Origin: Octopus bimaculoides
Taxonomy: Eukaryota
Assembly (NCBI RefSeq): GCF_001194135.2
Contig: NC_068985.1
Location: 103,176,735-103,240,734, forward strand
DNA length: 64,000 nt
Direction: 5' to 3'
Both the position numbers and the translations under genes were made by a program. Below the pieces are notes generated by a model. It made no database searches and had not been told where the DNA came from. It was given only the letters and a program-made list of their open reading frames with translations. Of the stretch, positions 26,377-39,577 are shown one piece after another (the stretch's first letter is position 1; every line of letters begins with the position of its first letter).

Positions 26377-28810
26377 ATACGTACGTACATATGCATATAT
26401 ATATAAATACATACATATACATATGTATATACATGCATACATATTCATATATATATAAATATATAGATATACATATATATATATGTTGACTGTTCACTAA
26501 TACATCAAGCTTTTTCTGAAAAAACAGAGACATGAAAAATCATCAAGTTTAGCCTGAACACCCTGTATATATTTACATATAAAATACATGTATATATGCA
26601 TGCATGTGTGTGCTTAATATGAATGAAACATTTTGTTGTGAGGATGAAAACACATACACACACGCATATATACCAAGGATATTAAAACAGTTTACTCTTA
26701 ATAAAAACGTCTATTCTTAGTTCATATGCTTTCAACTACTTATCATTTTGTCCATTTTCTCATTACATCAATCGTTGCTTGCTGAGTTGCTTAATTGATA
26801 CACAATGTTAAGAAACTAAGTTTAAATTAGTTGTACTGCCGTTTGAACTTGATTAAAAAAAGAATGATATTCATTGCATCACTCTTATTCAGAAGCACTT
26901 GCTGAGAACTTTAGTCTGTTTGTTTACTAATTTACTTTGATAGATTTTCCTCCAAAATCTCTATTCACAGCAATTTGTATCAAAGTATTTTTGTTATTAT
27001 CTTAGCTGTCTTTGTGAGTGATTATTGTCTTTATTTCTTCTATGCACAGTGATGATAAAACTCGCTCCTTTCGACATCTAACTGCTTTTAATGTAGTTTT
27101 CCATCAGTAGTGAGATCTGTATAATAAGTGATAAGCTCGGTAGTGAGAACTGTACAATAAGTGATTGGTAAGTTAAGTGATAGGCAAGCTGAGTTCCAAA
27201 ATATACTTTTAATGTCCAGTTGAACTCTTATAATACTAATATCCTTAGGAAAGGAATAAATGACAATTTTCCCCATTCTTATATATCTGTGGCATAGTGT
27301 ATAAATCAATAGTTTACTTTTAGTATAGTTGAAATAGCAGTGATAGCTTGAACATCAAGCTAGATTTATAAAAAGTATTTTAAAGAATACCTATACATAA
27401 CCTGAAAAGACGTGTACTGCATATTTTCACAACACATTTAAGGGAATAAAATGCAGTATTTTGCTGTTATTTGTTGATCTTTTTGTATAACTAGGAATAC
27501 AGTTCATTGTGTCCTTTCTTTTTAAAGATTAGGGTGTGATGTGAAGGAGATTTGATTATTATTTATAGCAGGTGACCTGACCTTGTAGAGGTTCTCATTG
27601 ATTTGTGATACTGTGATATTATTTGATAGTAGTAGAAGTGGAATCTAATTATCCTAGTAGGAATAGATGGTTGTGGCAGAGGATTTCTTCATACTGGATT
27701 GCTATGATTTTATTGTAGAGTTTAATGCTGGCAAATCACCACAACCAACATATAATTGGCCTATTGTCTTATAAAAGAAATTGGTTAAAGGTTGCTAGTG
27801 TTATTAATTTTGTCTACATCACTTTCTAAGATATATTGTGCATATACACATTTGTACATGTTTACATCTACATTTCAACATTGCATTTTCATATATTCCT
27901 TTATTTATTGATTTATATGAATGTAATGTAAGAGTCAGTAGTCATTTGCACTTGAAAATTTTTAAGAATCTTTACTATCTAACACCTGTATAATTGAACT
28001 TAAGATAAATAGCTTTATTGGTGATTATTTTGTTTTTCTTTTTTAATATTGTCATTTAATCTTTATGTAAGTCTTAGCAAGGTAGAGGAAAATGGCCAAG
28101 CAGTTAAGTTGCACTGCTTGTGAATTGCTCCTGTATACACGTAGGCATTGTATATTGTGTATGATATATAATTCTTTGTACCCTCTTTCATAATTTGGTT
28201 AATAGATACCAGAACTTTTGAAAATATTGTGATGTATTTGTTTTTGTACATGGGAAGAGATATGCCTCACATTTACTTAAGGCTAGAAGATCCTGCTTGG
28301 ATCATTTACTCATTTCTTAATTTTGACATGCTGGGGCAGAAATTTTTACTACTATAAGCAATATCATAAATTCATTCAGAGAGGAAAAGAATAGGATTCA
28401 CTTAGTATTCTTTGCCCAGATTTGTTTATTATAAAGTGTTTGAAGTGTGATTACTCTTCTAATTCTCTCTACTATATTTATAATTTGGAATTTTCATACA
28501 AAGAGTAGTCAACAAATAACCATAAATAGATGAGAATATTTTAGTTATAAGTGACTGAAAGATACAACTCACGTTTCGTATGAGAATTAAGTAATATTAC
28601 TAAGAACATCAGAGTACTTGTTGCAGCCAATTACTCATATCCAATGCTTATAATTTGTTGTGTGAAAGACCCTTTTGATTTGTGATAAGACTAACTCGTC
28701 TTAGTTTGTGTCATTTAGTGAAACTAAATATATATATAATATATATAATCTATATTTTTACAAATTTTAATATTTAAAGTGTCAAAGCTTTCCAACATAT
28801 ATTAAATATA

Positions 28811-28974
28811 TAGGTGCAGGAGTGGCTGTGTGGTAAGAAGCTTGCTTCCCAACCACATGGTTCTGGGTTCGGTCCCACTGTGTGGCACCTTGGGCAAGTG
28901 TCTTCCACTATAGCCTCAGGCCGACCAAAGCCTTGTGAATGGATTCAGTAGACGGAAACTGAAAGAAGCCCGTC

Positions 28975-29028
<54 letters not shown>

Positions 29029-29256
29029 GTGTATGTATGTATATGTTTGTGTGTCTGTGTTTGTCCCCACCACCGTCGCTTGACAACCGATGCTGGTGAT
29101 TTTATGTTCCCGTTACTTAGCAGTTCAGTAACAGATACCAATACAATACATACTGGGCTTACAAAGTATAAGTCCTGAGGTTGATATGTTCTACTAAAGG
29201 TGGTGTTCCAGCATGGCTGCAGTCAAAATGACTAAAACAAGTAAAAGAATAGAAAA
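28811..29256 (+). mobile_element. SINE family A, full length
   Basis: Head, microsatellite and tail are all present. Confidence 0.9.
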
Positions 29257-30349
29257 GTGTATATGAATAAAAGAATTGAGAAAATGGTTGATATTCATCA
29301 TCCAATTTGTTTGGGGCAATTGTACCTAATTCACAGCTCATCCATTTGTAGAAGGACACCAGACTAAAATACTGTCTATTCCATGTAAGTCTCAGAAGTA
29401 CTATAGAACAGAATATTGTTAGTTTGCATTGCTGAATTCGAAATCTCATCATGGATTTAGTTTTGAATGTTAATAGGCTCTGCTGTGCTCATTTGCTAAA
29501 GATAAAGGATATGAAGATGAAAGTTTTCATCAGTGTCCCAATGGCACAAAAGGTTATATGGCACGCTGTCAATATCAAACATATTATAGTAACCATATTG
29601 ACCAGTATTCAAAGATAATTCCTAATACATTTGTAATGTATAAATGAATTTTCTTTACTGTTGTAAATTCATGGTTTTTGTTCAATCTATATCTTTCATC
29701 TAGTTATTTTTTTAAAAATTCTACTTTGCTTTTTATATTTCAATTACTACTACTTTATGAATTCTTTTTTCCTTTCTTTTTAAAATTCAAGCTTATCTTG
29801 GGCAATGTTTATTATTTATTTGAATTATTGATGTTAGTAATATAGTCCTTGTCTGCCATTTTAACTTCTGCTCCCTTTAGATGTGATGTTGGTTGCAGTT
29901 ATTCTTCAGTTGATGAATTTTAAATAACTTTCGATGAATTATTGATATGATCTGGGAGCTATTATAAATGTAATATTTAATCTGTTTGTATTCCACTTGT
30001 TAATTGTAAAAGATATGCTATAAAATTTACTGTAGCTTGGGTTGAAAGTTTATCTCTTCAAAAACTCACTTCCTTTTTAATCTCCTCTCCAATTCCCTCT
30101 ACATTAACGTATGATACTGGTTATTGTTTTCTCAAATAAAACATGAATTTATGATAGTGAAGAAAATTCCTTTATACATTACAAATGTATAAAGAATTAT
30201 CTTTAGGTACTGGTTAATATAGTTAGTATTGACAATGAGTCCTATAACACTTTGAACCATTGGAGCATTGATGAAGACTTTTATCTTCATATATTTTATC
30301 TACATATAGATTATCTTCAGTAAATGAGCCCAACTGCTTTGAACAAATC

Positions 30350-30469
30350 AAGCCCCATTACTTATTTCTTTAAGTCTGGTACTTATTCTATTGGTCTCTT
30401 TTACTGAACTGCTAACTTACACAGACATAAACACACCAACACCAATTGTCAAGCAGTGGTGGGGGACAA

Positions 30470-30555
<86 letters not shown>

Positions 30556-30696
30556 ACATGTATAATGAGCTTCTTTCAATTTCTGCTTAATCCGCTTACA
30601 AGGCTTTGGGCAGCTCACTGCATGGCATTTACTCAAAGTGCCATGCAGTGGGACTGAACCATGTAGTTGGGAAGCAAACTTCTTATCACACAGCTA
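30350..30696 (-). mobile_element. SINE family A, diverged and partly deleted, with an expanded (CA)n spacer
   Basis: Reverse-complement similarity to both the head and tail modules. Confidence 0.75.
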
Positions 30697-30920
30697 TCAT
30701 CATCATCATCGTTTAACGTCCGCTTTCCATGCTAGCATGGGTTGGACGATTTGACTGAGGACTGGTGAAACTGGATGGCAACACCAGGCTCCAATCTGAT
30801 TTGGCAGAGTTTCTACAGCTGGATGCCCTTCCTAACGCCAACCACTCCGAGAGTGTACTGAGTGCTTTTACATGCCACCGGCACGAAGGCCAGTCAGGCA
30901 GTACTGGCAACGGCCACGCA
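30697..30920 (-). mobile_element. Repeat family C
   Basis: (cat)n-cgtttaacgtccgctttccatgctagcatggg...; near-identical to 43687 and 46596. Confidence 0.88.
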
Positions 30921-31364
30921 GTTGTAATTAAATATTGTGAGAAGTCAATTTATGATTTGTGAAGATTTACATTGGTTTCCATTTTTGTTCCACTCGCTTC
31001 TCTTCTACATTTCTGATTGTCTGTTCATCTCTCCTACATTTCTTTCTTCTTCATCTCTAGTTATATCTTATCTTTTCCAGTGCTTTTACACAGTTTTTGT
31101 CCTATCTCTCTCTCTCTCTCGAAATGTCTCTGTTCTCTTCTCTCGAAATGTCTCTGTTCTCTTCTCTCTAAGTTTCCACCTTTTTTTCTATTTTGTTTTC
31201 TTGCTATGTTTGTTTCTTTACTCTTACACAAATATGTACATAATCACTCATACTCAAGACCAGCACACAGACACCTTTCTCTTCACTTTCAAGTTCTCTC
31301 ATTTTTCCTTTCTATGCCTTTTCTTTTCTTCTTTTAACTTATCATTTTCTTTCCATCATCCATA

Positions 31365-31395
<31 letters not shown>

Positions 31396-31738
31396 NNNNN
31401 NNNNNNNNNNNNNNNNNNNNNNNNNNNNNNNNNNNNNNNNNNNNNNNNNNNNNNNNNNNNNNNNNNNNNNNNNNNNNNNNNNNNNNNNNNNNNNNNNNNN
31501 NNNNNNNNNNNNNNNNNNNNNNNNNNNNNNNNNNNNNNNNNNNNNNNNNNNNNNNNNNNNNNNNNNNNNNNNNNNNNNNNNNNNNNNNNNNNNNNNNNNN
31601 NNNNNNNNNNNNNNNNNNNNNNNNNNNNNNNNNNNNNNNNNNNNNNNNNNNNNNNNNNNNNNNNNNNNNNNNNNNNNNNNNNNNNNNNNNNNNNNNNNNN
31701 NNNNNNNNNNNNNNNNNNNNNNNNNNNNNNNNNNNNNN

Positions 31739-31774
<36 letters not shown>

Positions 31775-32408
31775 CACACATTGTCTGCTTTTTCTTCTCC
31801 CTGTTTGCTCCTTTCCTTACATTCAGCATCATACTTGCTATGAATAATTGTTAAGAGATGATAGCATGCTTTCAAAAAAATTTAAGCAAAGGAGGAAAAT
31901 GAAATTAAAAATAATACATTACAAAAAAAAAAACAAAAAAAAACATGCCCTCAGTGAAAAAACAAACATGATATAACCTACAGAAAAGTCCAAGAAGTAA
32001 CACAAAGTTAATAAGTCGGACACAATTAACTCTCTTTAAAAATATCAATATAATCATTGATTGATTGATTAATTGATTTGTACTTTTTTAAATACCTGTT
32101 TTATTTATTTTTTGTGTGACAATGTTTGTGAGTATGTATGAAGTGGAGGAAGAAATACCACCAAATAGATAAATTAATTAAAGCAGAAAATGTTAAATTA
32201 AAAAGTTTCATGGTGTGATAAAAATAGAAAGGTGTAAAAATTGAACTGTAAACTTGATTTTGAAGTTAGCAAAGGGGAAAAGTGTAAAATTAAAGAAAAA
32301 ATCCTGAATATTTTCCCAGAATCATGGGATTTTTAGCAGATTATTGATTTAAATCTTTGTATATACAGTTTGTATTTGTGTTTATTTAAGAAAACATAAA
32401 CCTATATG

Positions 32409-32456
<48 letters not shown>

Positions 32457-32948
32457 CACACAAACTGCTAATGAACAGATATAAGTGTGTGTGTGTGTAC
32501 ATATGTGCTTGTATATAAACCCTAGTTTAGTTATTTTGAACTACATTTGGTACAAGTCTCTTGAAAGTTTTGTAATAGTTTCAATTATGTATTTTTTTAA
32601 ATTTCATTTTATGCATAAAGTTTCTGAGAACTGAAAATGTAAAGAACAGAAACATGTAAAATTAATTTTTACTATCATTTTAATGTTTTGACTTTCAGTT
32701 TTATCTGTGGATCATACAATTTATACTTTATTTTTGTAGTGGGGCAGAGATAGGGGTGTGTTACTAATTTTTTTTTTTTTCTGTTTGGTCAGAGTTTCAG
32801 AGATTAAAATAGAGTTTAACATTGCAACAACTACTTAAGAGGGATGCTGAAGAACTTGCTACTTATTGCTGTGGGATAACTAGAAATTCAAGACAAATAT
32901 TCCACTCATTAATTTTTTTATTTATATCACTTTGTACTTACTTTACTG

Positions 32949-33320
32949 TGGAGGCGCAATGGCCCAGTGGTTAGGGCAGCGGACTCGCGGTCATAGGATC
33001 GCGGTTTCAATTCTCAGACCGGGCGTTGTGAGTGTTTATTGAGCGAAAACACCTAAAAGCTCCACGAGGCTCTGGCAGGGGATGGTGGCGAGCCCTGCTG
33101 TACTCTTTCACCACAACTTTCTCTCACTCTTACTTCCTGTTTCTGTTGTACCTGTAATTCAAAGGGTCAGCCTTGTCACGCTGAATCTCCCCGAGAACTA
33201 CGTTAAGGGTACACGTGTCTGTGGAGTGCTCAGCCACTTGCACGTTAATTTCATGAACAGGCTGTTCCATTGATCGGATCAACTGGAACCCTCGACGTTG
33301 TAAGCGACGGAGTGCCAACA
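32949..33320 (+). mobile_element. SINE family B, full length with target-site duplication
   Basis: Flanked by acttactttactg (32936-32948) and acttactttttactg (33321-33335); box A/B head and (CAA) tail. Confidence 0.93.
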
Positions 33321-34602
33321 ACTTACTTTTTACTGAGGTTTTGACCTAAAGAATACGTAGTTAGATATTTCCAAAGACTAAGTTTAAATTGTTGCTCTAG
33401 AGAATGAACTTTGTTCTTGCTTCAATCAACCAACTTCTTGGTTAGTGTATGTATTTGTGTTTATTGCTAAATAATTTTTTAATAATTCATGCCAACATCC
33501 ATATTTGTGGAATATTCATTCCATAGTAGTGTGGAACGATATTGTAATGTTGCTTTGCTTGTTATGTCTCTAAACTCTTAGCACCCATTTATTTGATTTG
33601 GTGGTTTATTTAATTGAAACACCAGGTTGTTAGCAGGAAGCTGCAGTAGCAGCCAATTTAGTAATGTGTTGATCTTGAAAATTGCTGCCTATGTTGTTAT
33701 TAAAAATAGACATGCCTCTTTCTTTTGAATTAAACTGTTTGTTGGTGTTTTGCATCATCGATTCAAATCACATGGCTTCAACTGATCATATTTTTTACCA
33801 TTTCTGCTACAATACCTAATATTATACAAAAAATTAACTAACCCAGACAAAGTGCAAAATATTATAAAAGAAAAAATAGATCTTCTGTACAGACTTTTGT
33901 TTTTCTATAGGGCCTTACTCAACAGCTTTGCTTTTTCCACTGATTCCATGTTATCAGTGAAACAAGTCATTTATCATTTGAATACTTTTTGAATATTCTA
34001 CAGTTATAAAGAACAGCTTTGAACACCAATTACATTACAGCAACCATTAACTCTGCAGGCCACTTATTACAACAGCTTTTTTTTCAACTTACACAATCCA
34101 TATTACCACAGCCATTTCACCTTACGCAATCCCCACACTTTCACTCTCCTTGCACACATTAACCAACTTCAACAAGTTTCATGAACATTGTAAACATGAA
34201 CAGATGCACATTACTATAAGAAGCCATTGCAGCTTAATTACAACCACAGCTTTTATGAGTCATTGTTGTTCACAGTTCACAAGCTGGTGTGGTTCACAGT
34301 TCCCAAGCTATTTTGTAGCTTATAGTTACACATTCTTCATCTCTTACAACAATACATTCTCTAGTATGGCAGAAACGTTTTATTCAGTTAGGTTCAATAC
34401 AGCTTAGTTGAACAAATACTCAAAGCAGTAAATTATTTCTATCATTCCCCTTAAGTATGTTCATTCTCATTTTAAAAAAGAAAAATTAACATTTCATTTT
34501 TACTATAACGAAATTATTCCACTTGTGTGACATTCAAAATGAATATGGTTAAATCAATTGGGTTTTGGTTGTCAAAATTTTTAAATGTTTCTTAGTGTGT
34601 AC

Positions 34603-34642
<40 letters not shown>

Positions 34643-35123
34643 TAGAGAAAAAACCACAATTCTTGAATTCATCCATGAAAGTCCACAGTCACATATAGAA
34701 AGATTTAATAAGTAAATACACTAAAAAGACCTATAATAAAAATATGAAGTAATNNNNNNNNNNNNNNNNNNNNNNNNNNNNNNNNNNNNNNNNNNNNNNN
34801 NNNNNNNNNNNNNNNNNNNNNNNNNNNNNNNNNNNNNNNNNNNNNNNNNNNNNNNNNNNNNNNNNNNNNNNNNNNNNNNNNNNNNNNNNNNNNNNNNNNN
34901 NNNNNNNNNNNNNNNNNNNNNNNNNNNNNNNNNNNNNNNNNNNNNNNNNNNNNNNNNNNNNNNNNNNNNNNNNNNNNNNNNNNNNNNNNNNNNNNNNNNN
35001 NNNNNNNNNNNNNNNNNNNNNNNNNNNNNNNNNNNNNNNNNNNNNNNNNNNNNNNNNNNNNNNNNNNNNNNNNNNNNNNNNNNNNNNNNNNNNNNNNNNN
35101 NNNNNNNNNNNNNNNNNNNNNNN

Positions 35124-35160
<37 letters not shown>

Positions 35161-35223
35161 TCTTAAGAATATTTTTCTCTTATCATCAGCTAAAAATTTC
35201 CCTTGTTTTATCATATCTTTCAG

Positions 35224-35493
35224 TTCCGCCTCGTATTGTAGCATGTTCACCAAAATCTTTACATCACCGACAAGGAGAAACAGTGGAGCTATTTTGTAAT
35301 GCATCAGGATCACCAGAACCAGCTCTCATATGGAACAAGGATAGTAAACCTCTCCAGGCTTCATCTCGAATTCAGATTGATGGTTATAAAGTGATCATTA
35401 GAAATGTGCAGCGCAGTGATGCTGGTGTTTATATGGGAACATTTACCAATAGTGTAGGATCAGTTTCACAGTTAATTAACTTAGTTGTTGAAG
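35224..35493 (+). CDS. tutl: Ig-domain exon (probably Ig2) of a Turtle/IGSF9-family cell-adhesion protein
   Basis: Acceptor tcatatctttcag| and donor G|gtaagt; 270 nt, phase 1/1, open frame: (V)PPRIVACSPKSLHHRQGETVELFCNASGSPEPALIWNKD...DAGVYMGTFTNSVGSVSQLINLVVEG. It splices in frame to the next exon. The usual second Ig Cys (YxC) reads YMG here. The family call rests mainly on the next exon. Confidence 0.85.
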
Positions 35494-35623
35494 GTAAGTT
35501 GTGCAGTTTTACATATATTTTCTTTTATCGTTATTGTTCACTCTGGCCGGCTCATTGTGCAGCCTCATGGATTTAGAGTTATTAATTATATACATGATTG
35601 GTGATGATCAAAATGAACTTAAA

Positions 35624-36105
35624 TGGGTCAGCTGAAAAGTTCATAGGCTGACCAACATATTCTCATGGAATGTAATCAAATGAGGTTTATTTTGCAACAT
35701 AGTCTCCCTTGTAGTCCACACACTTCTTCAATCAGTGTTGGAGTGCTTTGATCCTATTGATGAAGAGGCTTTCATCCTGTTGGTCCAAAAGCTCATCCAT
35801 AGCAGATTTGACATCATCATCACTGTAATACTAGTTCCAAGCCCAGTGCTTTTACATCAGGGCCAAGTGGATGATCAGCGAGCTCACAGTCATGTAGAGC
35901 AGCCATTGAAACTAAGGACTTACGTTTATTGACCTAACGAAACATGACCCCTTTCATCAGTTTTCCTGGACGTTTGGTATTGATAGTCTTTCGTAACTGC
36001 CTCAGCAAATTAGCATAATACATTCCATTAATGGTGTAGTACTTCTGAAGATAGTCAATGAACACAATTCCTTTTGCATCCCAATAAACTGAGGTGTGTG
36101 TGTCT
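35624..36105 (-). mobile_element. Mariner transposon, C-terminal part of the transposase plus right TIR (pseudogene)
   Basis: The minus strand gives SVYWDAKGIVFIDYLQK..TINGMYYANLLRQLR..KRPGKLMKGVMF and GIKALQH*LKKCVDYKGDYVAK*; TIR-like gggtcagctgaaaagttcataggctgacc near 35625. Confidence 0.9.
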
Positions 36106-37591
36106 GTATAAATAACCCAGTGTGTACATTGTATGGAGTAATGTGTGTTTCCTGTATTTACATGTATGTGTATAGTACTCGTGTGTAAGGCTATTGTATG
36201 TATGTGTGTGCAAACGTTTGTGTAGTAGTTAATGTATGCTTGTTTGAGTGGTGTGTGCACGCATGTAGACCTTATAATATGTATTGTGTATTTTTATGTT
36301 TATATATATACATATGTATATGTATGTATAGGTGGATATGTCTGCATATATTTATATATATATTTATTTACTTATTTGCTTTTTATTCACCTAACTTCGA
36401 GCTGTGTGGACAGTACCAGACTGACTTGGTGCCTCAACCTAAGTACCTAATTCAACTGAATCTTAATTATTTCTTACACACACACACACACATATATATA
36501 CTCATGGATATGTATACATATATATGTCTATAGACATTAATACATGCCAGCATGGAGTGTAGACATTAAATGATGATGATATCAATGTGGATATGTATAC
36601 ACATTCATTCATTGGGGTTTTACCTCCTTTTGTCATGATTAAATGGGACGGATGTAAACTTGTTAGAGGTTATATTTTGCACTTATATGTCCTTCTTGTC
36701 TCCAACTCTTACATGTTTTTCAAACACAAAACTTTATTCTCCTGGTCTTTGAAAACGCACAGAAATGTGCTGTCTAGCTTTTGAAGACCTGTGGTATATA
36801 AAAATCCCTTCCTAGAAAAGCAGATGAAATCTGATGATAGGGAAAGCATGATATATATACAAGTTACCAATTTTGTAAAATGCATATTTATCACGATACA
36901 TTGTATGTAATTCTGCACAAAATATTTAGAGAATATTTTATTCATGGGTGTAGCAAATTTAATTTCTTATGAAATTCCTGAGTGTTACATTTGATACTGG
37001 ATGGCTTATTTTCCCCTTTCTTACTGTATCCAGTTTCAATTATAGATCACCTAGATGTTACTAATGTTTTCTCCAGAAGTGCTTAAGAGGCTATGGGAGT
37101 TCACATTTACTGCCATTCTGAAAGTATTAGAGTGTGTGTGATTAGCTGGCTATTTTCAAGAATATAAAATCAATTCTGAACTTGGTAACCAGGTACCTAC
37201 CTCTACACCACGAACTTACATTGGCACTGTGCTCAGTACACCCTCTTTTATCTATACAAATAAACTTGATGTCGATGCTGTTCAGGTATAGAGCTAGTTG
37301 AGGTGAGCTACAAAGAGTTATGTTGCTTTTGCCAGAGACATTATGTTGTATCATTGATGCAATATATCTTATCTTTTTGTCTTTTTGTTTTCTAATGAAT
37401 CAATTGGCTGCAGTTCTCAACCCTTCTTTGTCTGCTACAAAAATACATGTTTTAATTTTTTGTATCAATTTTTGTGTTTCTTTGATGTTCCTTCTCAGAA
37501 CTTTACAATATTAAAACTAAAGTTATTTTTTTCTTTCTCTTCACCTTTTGTTTTCCTGATTTTTGCATGTGTGTCTATGATTCTGTTACAG

Positions 37592-37879
37592 GTGCAGCGT
37601 ACATACTAATACCACCTGAAAATATGACAGCCATTGAGGGACAACGAATAAAATTTCAGTGTGGTGCTATGGCATATCCAAATAATATCACTTACAACTG
37701 GTTCAAAGACTCTGAAAACATCAAATTTCTACCTGATTATGGTAAACGTGTAAATGCTTTCAAGGATGGAAGTCTTGTCATTACTTCAGTTGTAAAAAAC
37801 GACATGGGCTGGTATACATGCCATCCGACAAACGGAATTGGAGAAGACCCAAAAGCATCAGCTTATCTGAACGTCACAT
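37592..37879 (+). CDS. tutl: Ig-domain exon (probably Ig3) of a Turtle/IGSF9-family cell-adhesion protein
   Basis: Acceptor ttctgttacag| and donor T|gtgagt; 288 nt, phase 1/1. The motifs CxAxAYPxNxTYxWF, DGSL, YTCxPxNGIG and ASAYLxV match my recollection of Turtle/IGSF9 Ig3. The split codon T| is compatible with the conserved following Tyr (YPAxV). The paralogue borderless cannot be excluded without a search. Confidence 0.88.
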
Positions 37880-38214
37880 GTGAGTTTTCTTTGTAAAATG
37901 CTATCATTTATAAATGACATTGTTTTTTTATTAAGCAATATATTTTGCATTACCCTTAAAATTTGTCATTTGGTTTGTATATTCATTAATATTGATATTA
38001 TTGATAACAATATCACTATGATTACTATTATCATCCCTGTTATCACTTCTTCTAAAACAACTACTTTATTGTGAGGTTTCTAACAGATGAAAAGGATAAA
38101 TTATTAACTCCCTATCTTTCTTGGTAATAAATTGTCATGCTGCAGGTGTTTTGTTGTCTGTAAGTAAGCCACTTAAGTATTTAAGTCTCTTTGCCTAATG
38201 CTTTCTGAACAACA

Positions 38215-38229
38215 ACAATAATAGTAGTA

Positions 38230-38280
<51 letters not shown>

Positions 38281-38308
38281 TAATAAAAATAAAAATAATA
38301 AAAATAAC

Positions 38309-38340
<32 letters not shown>

Positions 38341-38362
38341 TAATAGATAGATAGATAGATAG
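38215..38362. repeat. (AAT)n followed by (GATA)n microsatellite
   Basis: Read directly. Confidence 0.95.
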
Positions 38363-38990
38363 ATATTTTGCTCTTATAGGATTTTTCTGTTCAAACTAAG
38401 AGAAAGGTAAATGCAAATAGGCCAGATATTATATCAAAAGATTTCAGATGAAAATCGTGATTCCTCTTCAATATGACTGTCCCAGTTGATACAAATGTAT
38501 CTGTTAAGACCTACCAAAAGTTGAGCAAGTAGTACTAAGATCCCGAAAAAGAAATTTGCAAAATGTGAAAACTCAAGACTAGTAGAATACACATGGTTGT
38601 AGGTTCTCCAGAAATAATAACGAAAGGGGTTGATTAATACTTATCTCAAATCCCAGGGAATCTCCAAATGGAAGAAATTCAGAAAATAGTATTCTTTGTA
38701 GATTAGGAGCAGTCCCCATGACTAATATCTACATGATTCCAAAACAATCTTTTTTCACATATTATCAAAAGCTCATTTTCTAAACGATACTTCTTACAAA
38801 CTCAATGCAATTAAAATACAAGTCCCATTCACTGAATTACAATGTTCCCTAGAAACACGGCAGTTATCAACCATCCTAGTCATAATGCTCACTTGTACTT
38901 ATAACTTGTTGTCTCTTGAGGTCTCTGGGTGAGACTTTGACTCAGCTTGTATAAATACTAAGCTAAATCTAAACATAATAATAATAATAA
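38362..38990 (+). mobile_element. 5'-truncated R4/Dong-clade non-LTR retrotransposon (restriction-like endonuclease C-terminus, 3' UTR, (TAA)n)
   Basis: Translation across stops: DFSVQTKRKVNANRPDIISKDF..NMTVPVDTNVSVKTYQKLSK...LKTSRIHMVVG...YLSQIPGNLQMEEIQKIV (RPD..D..K-type RLE motif); ends ctaaaca(taa)n. Confidence 0.85.
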
Positions 38991-39577
38991 TGAGCAATTA
39001 AAAGAGTGTGATACAATTTGTAATAAATAGAAGTTGACTGTGTTTATTGAATTGAACAGTATTTTGACAGTATGCCTTCCTCGGGTTCAAAATAAAAAGT
39101 TAAAAGAATGCAGCAATACAGAAATTCAAAATATGAACGGAAGTATCCTGTGTTCCTTTTAAGACAAATTGATGTCATCAGTTTTTGCTTTTTTATAACT
39201 GGTAACAAGGAAAAAAAAAAAGAAAACAGGAAAGATAATACTTAGACCAAAGGTTTTGTGTAAATGTGATGGAAGTCATCTCTCATTTTGTTCATTCCTT
39301 CAGGGATGACTTAGTAATTCGTAAATATTTTATCCCCATGTGTTTTGAAGACTGAAAGTGCAGTTGAGTGCAGTAGAGTCAGAATATTTTCTGAGAATGT
39401 GCACTTTCAGGTGTTCTTCAGAATCACAGCTGTTTAATGTAAAAGGTTCAGCAAGTTCTGTTGAACTAGTTATTGTACCTGATGTCAGGCAGGCACAATA
39501 ACAGTAGTTCATCATCATCCTCATCATCATCATCCTTATAGTCATCATCCTCATCATCATCATCCTCATCATCATCA

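Noticed and set aside
29490-29650. Short open frame (FAKDKGYEDESFHQCPNGTKGYMARC...) considered as a missing exon
   Set aside because: No Ig consensus residues and no convincing splice sites.
31116-31163. Exact 24-bp tandem duplication within a CT-rich tract
   Set aside because: Real, but ordinary slippage next to a (CT)n repeat; no sign of function.
32949-33030. Possible tRNA genes at SINE heads (families A, B, D)
   Set aside because: Box A/B are present, but the acceptor and anticodon stems do not close properly, and each head continues into a multi-copy SINE body with a tail or TSD.
2311-36105. Idea that the two mariner fragments (N-half at 2311, C-half at 35624) are one split element
   Set aside because: They are on opposite strands, 33 kb apart, and their TIR sequences differ.
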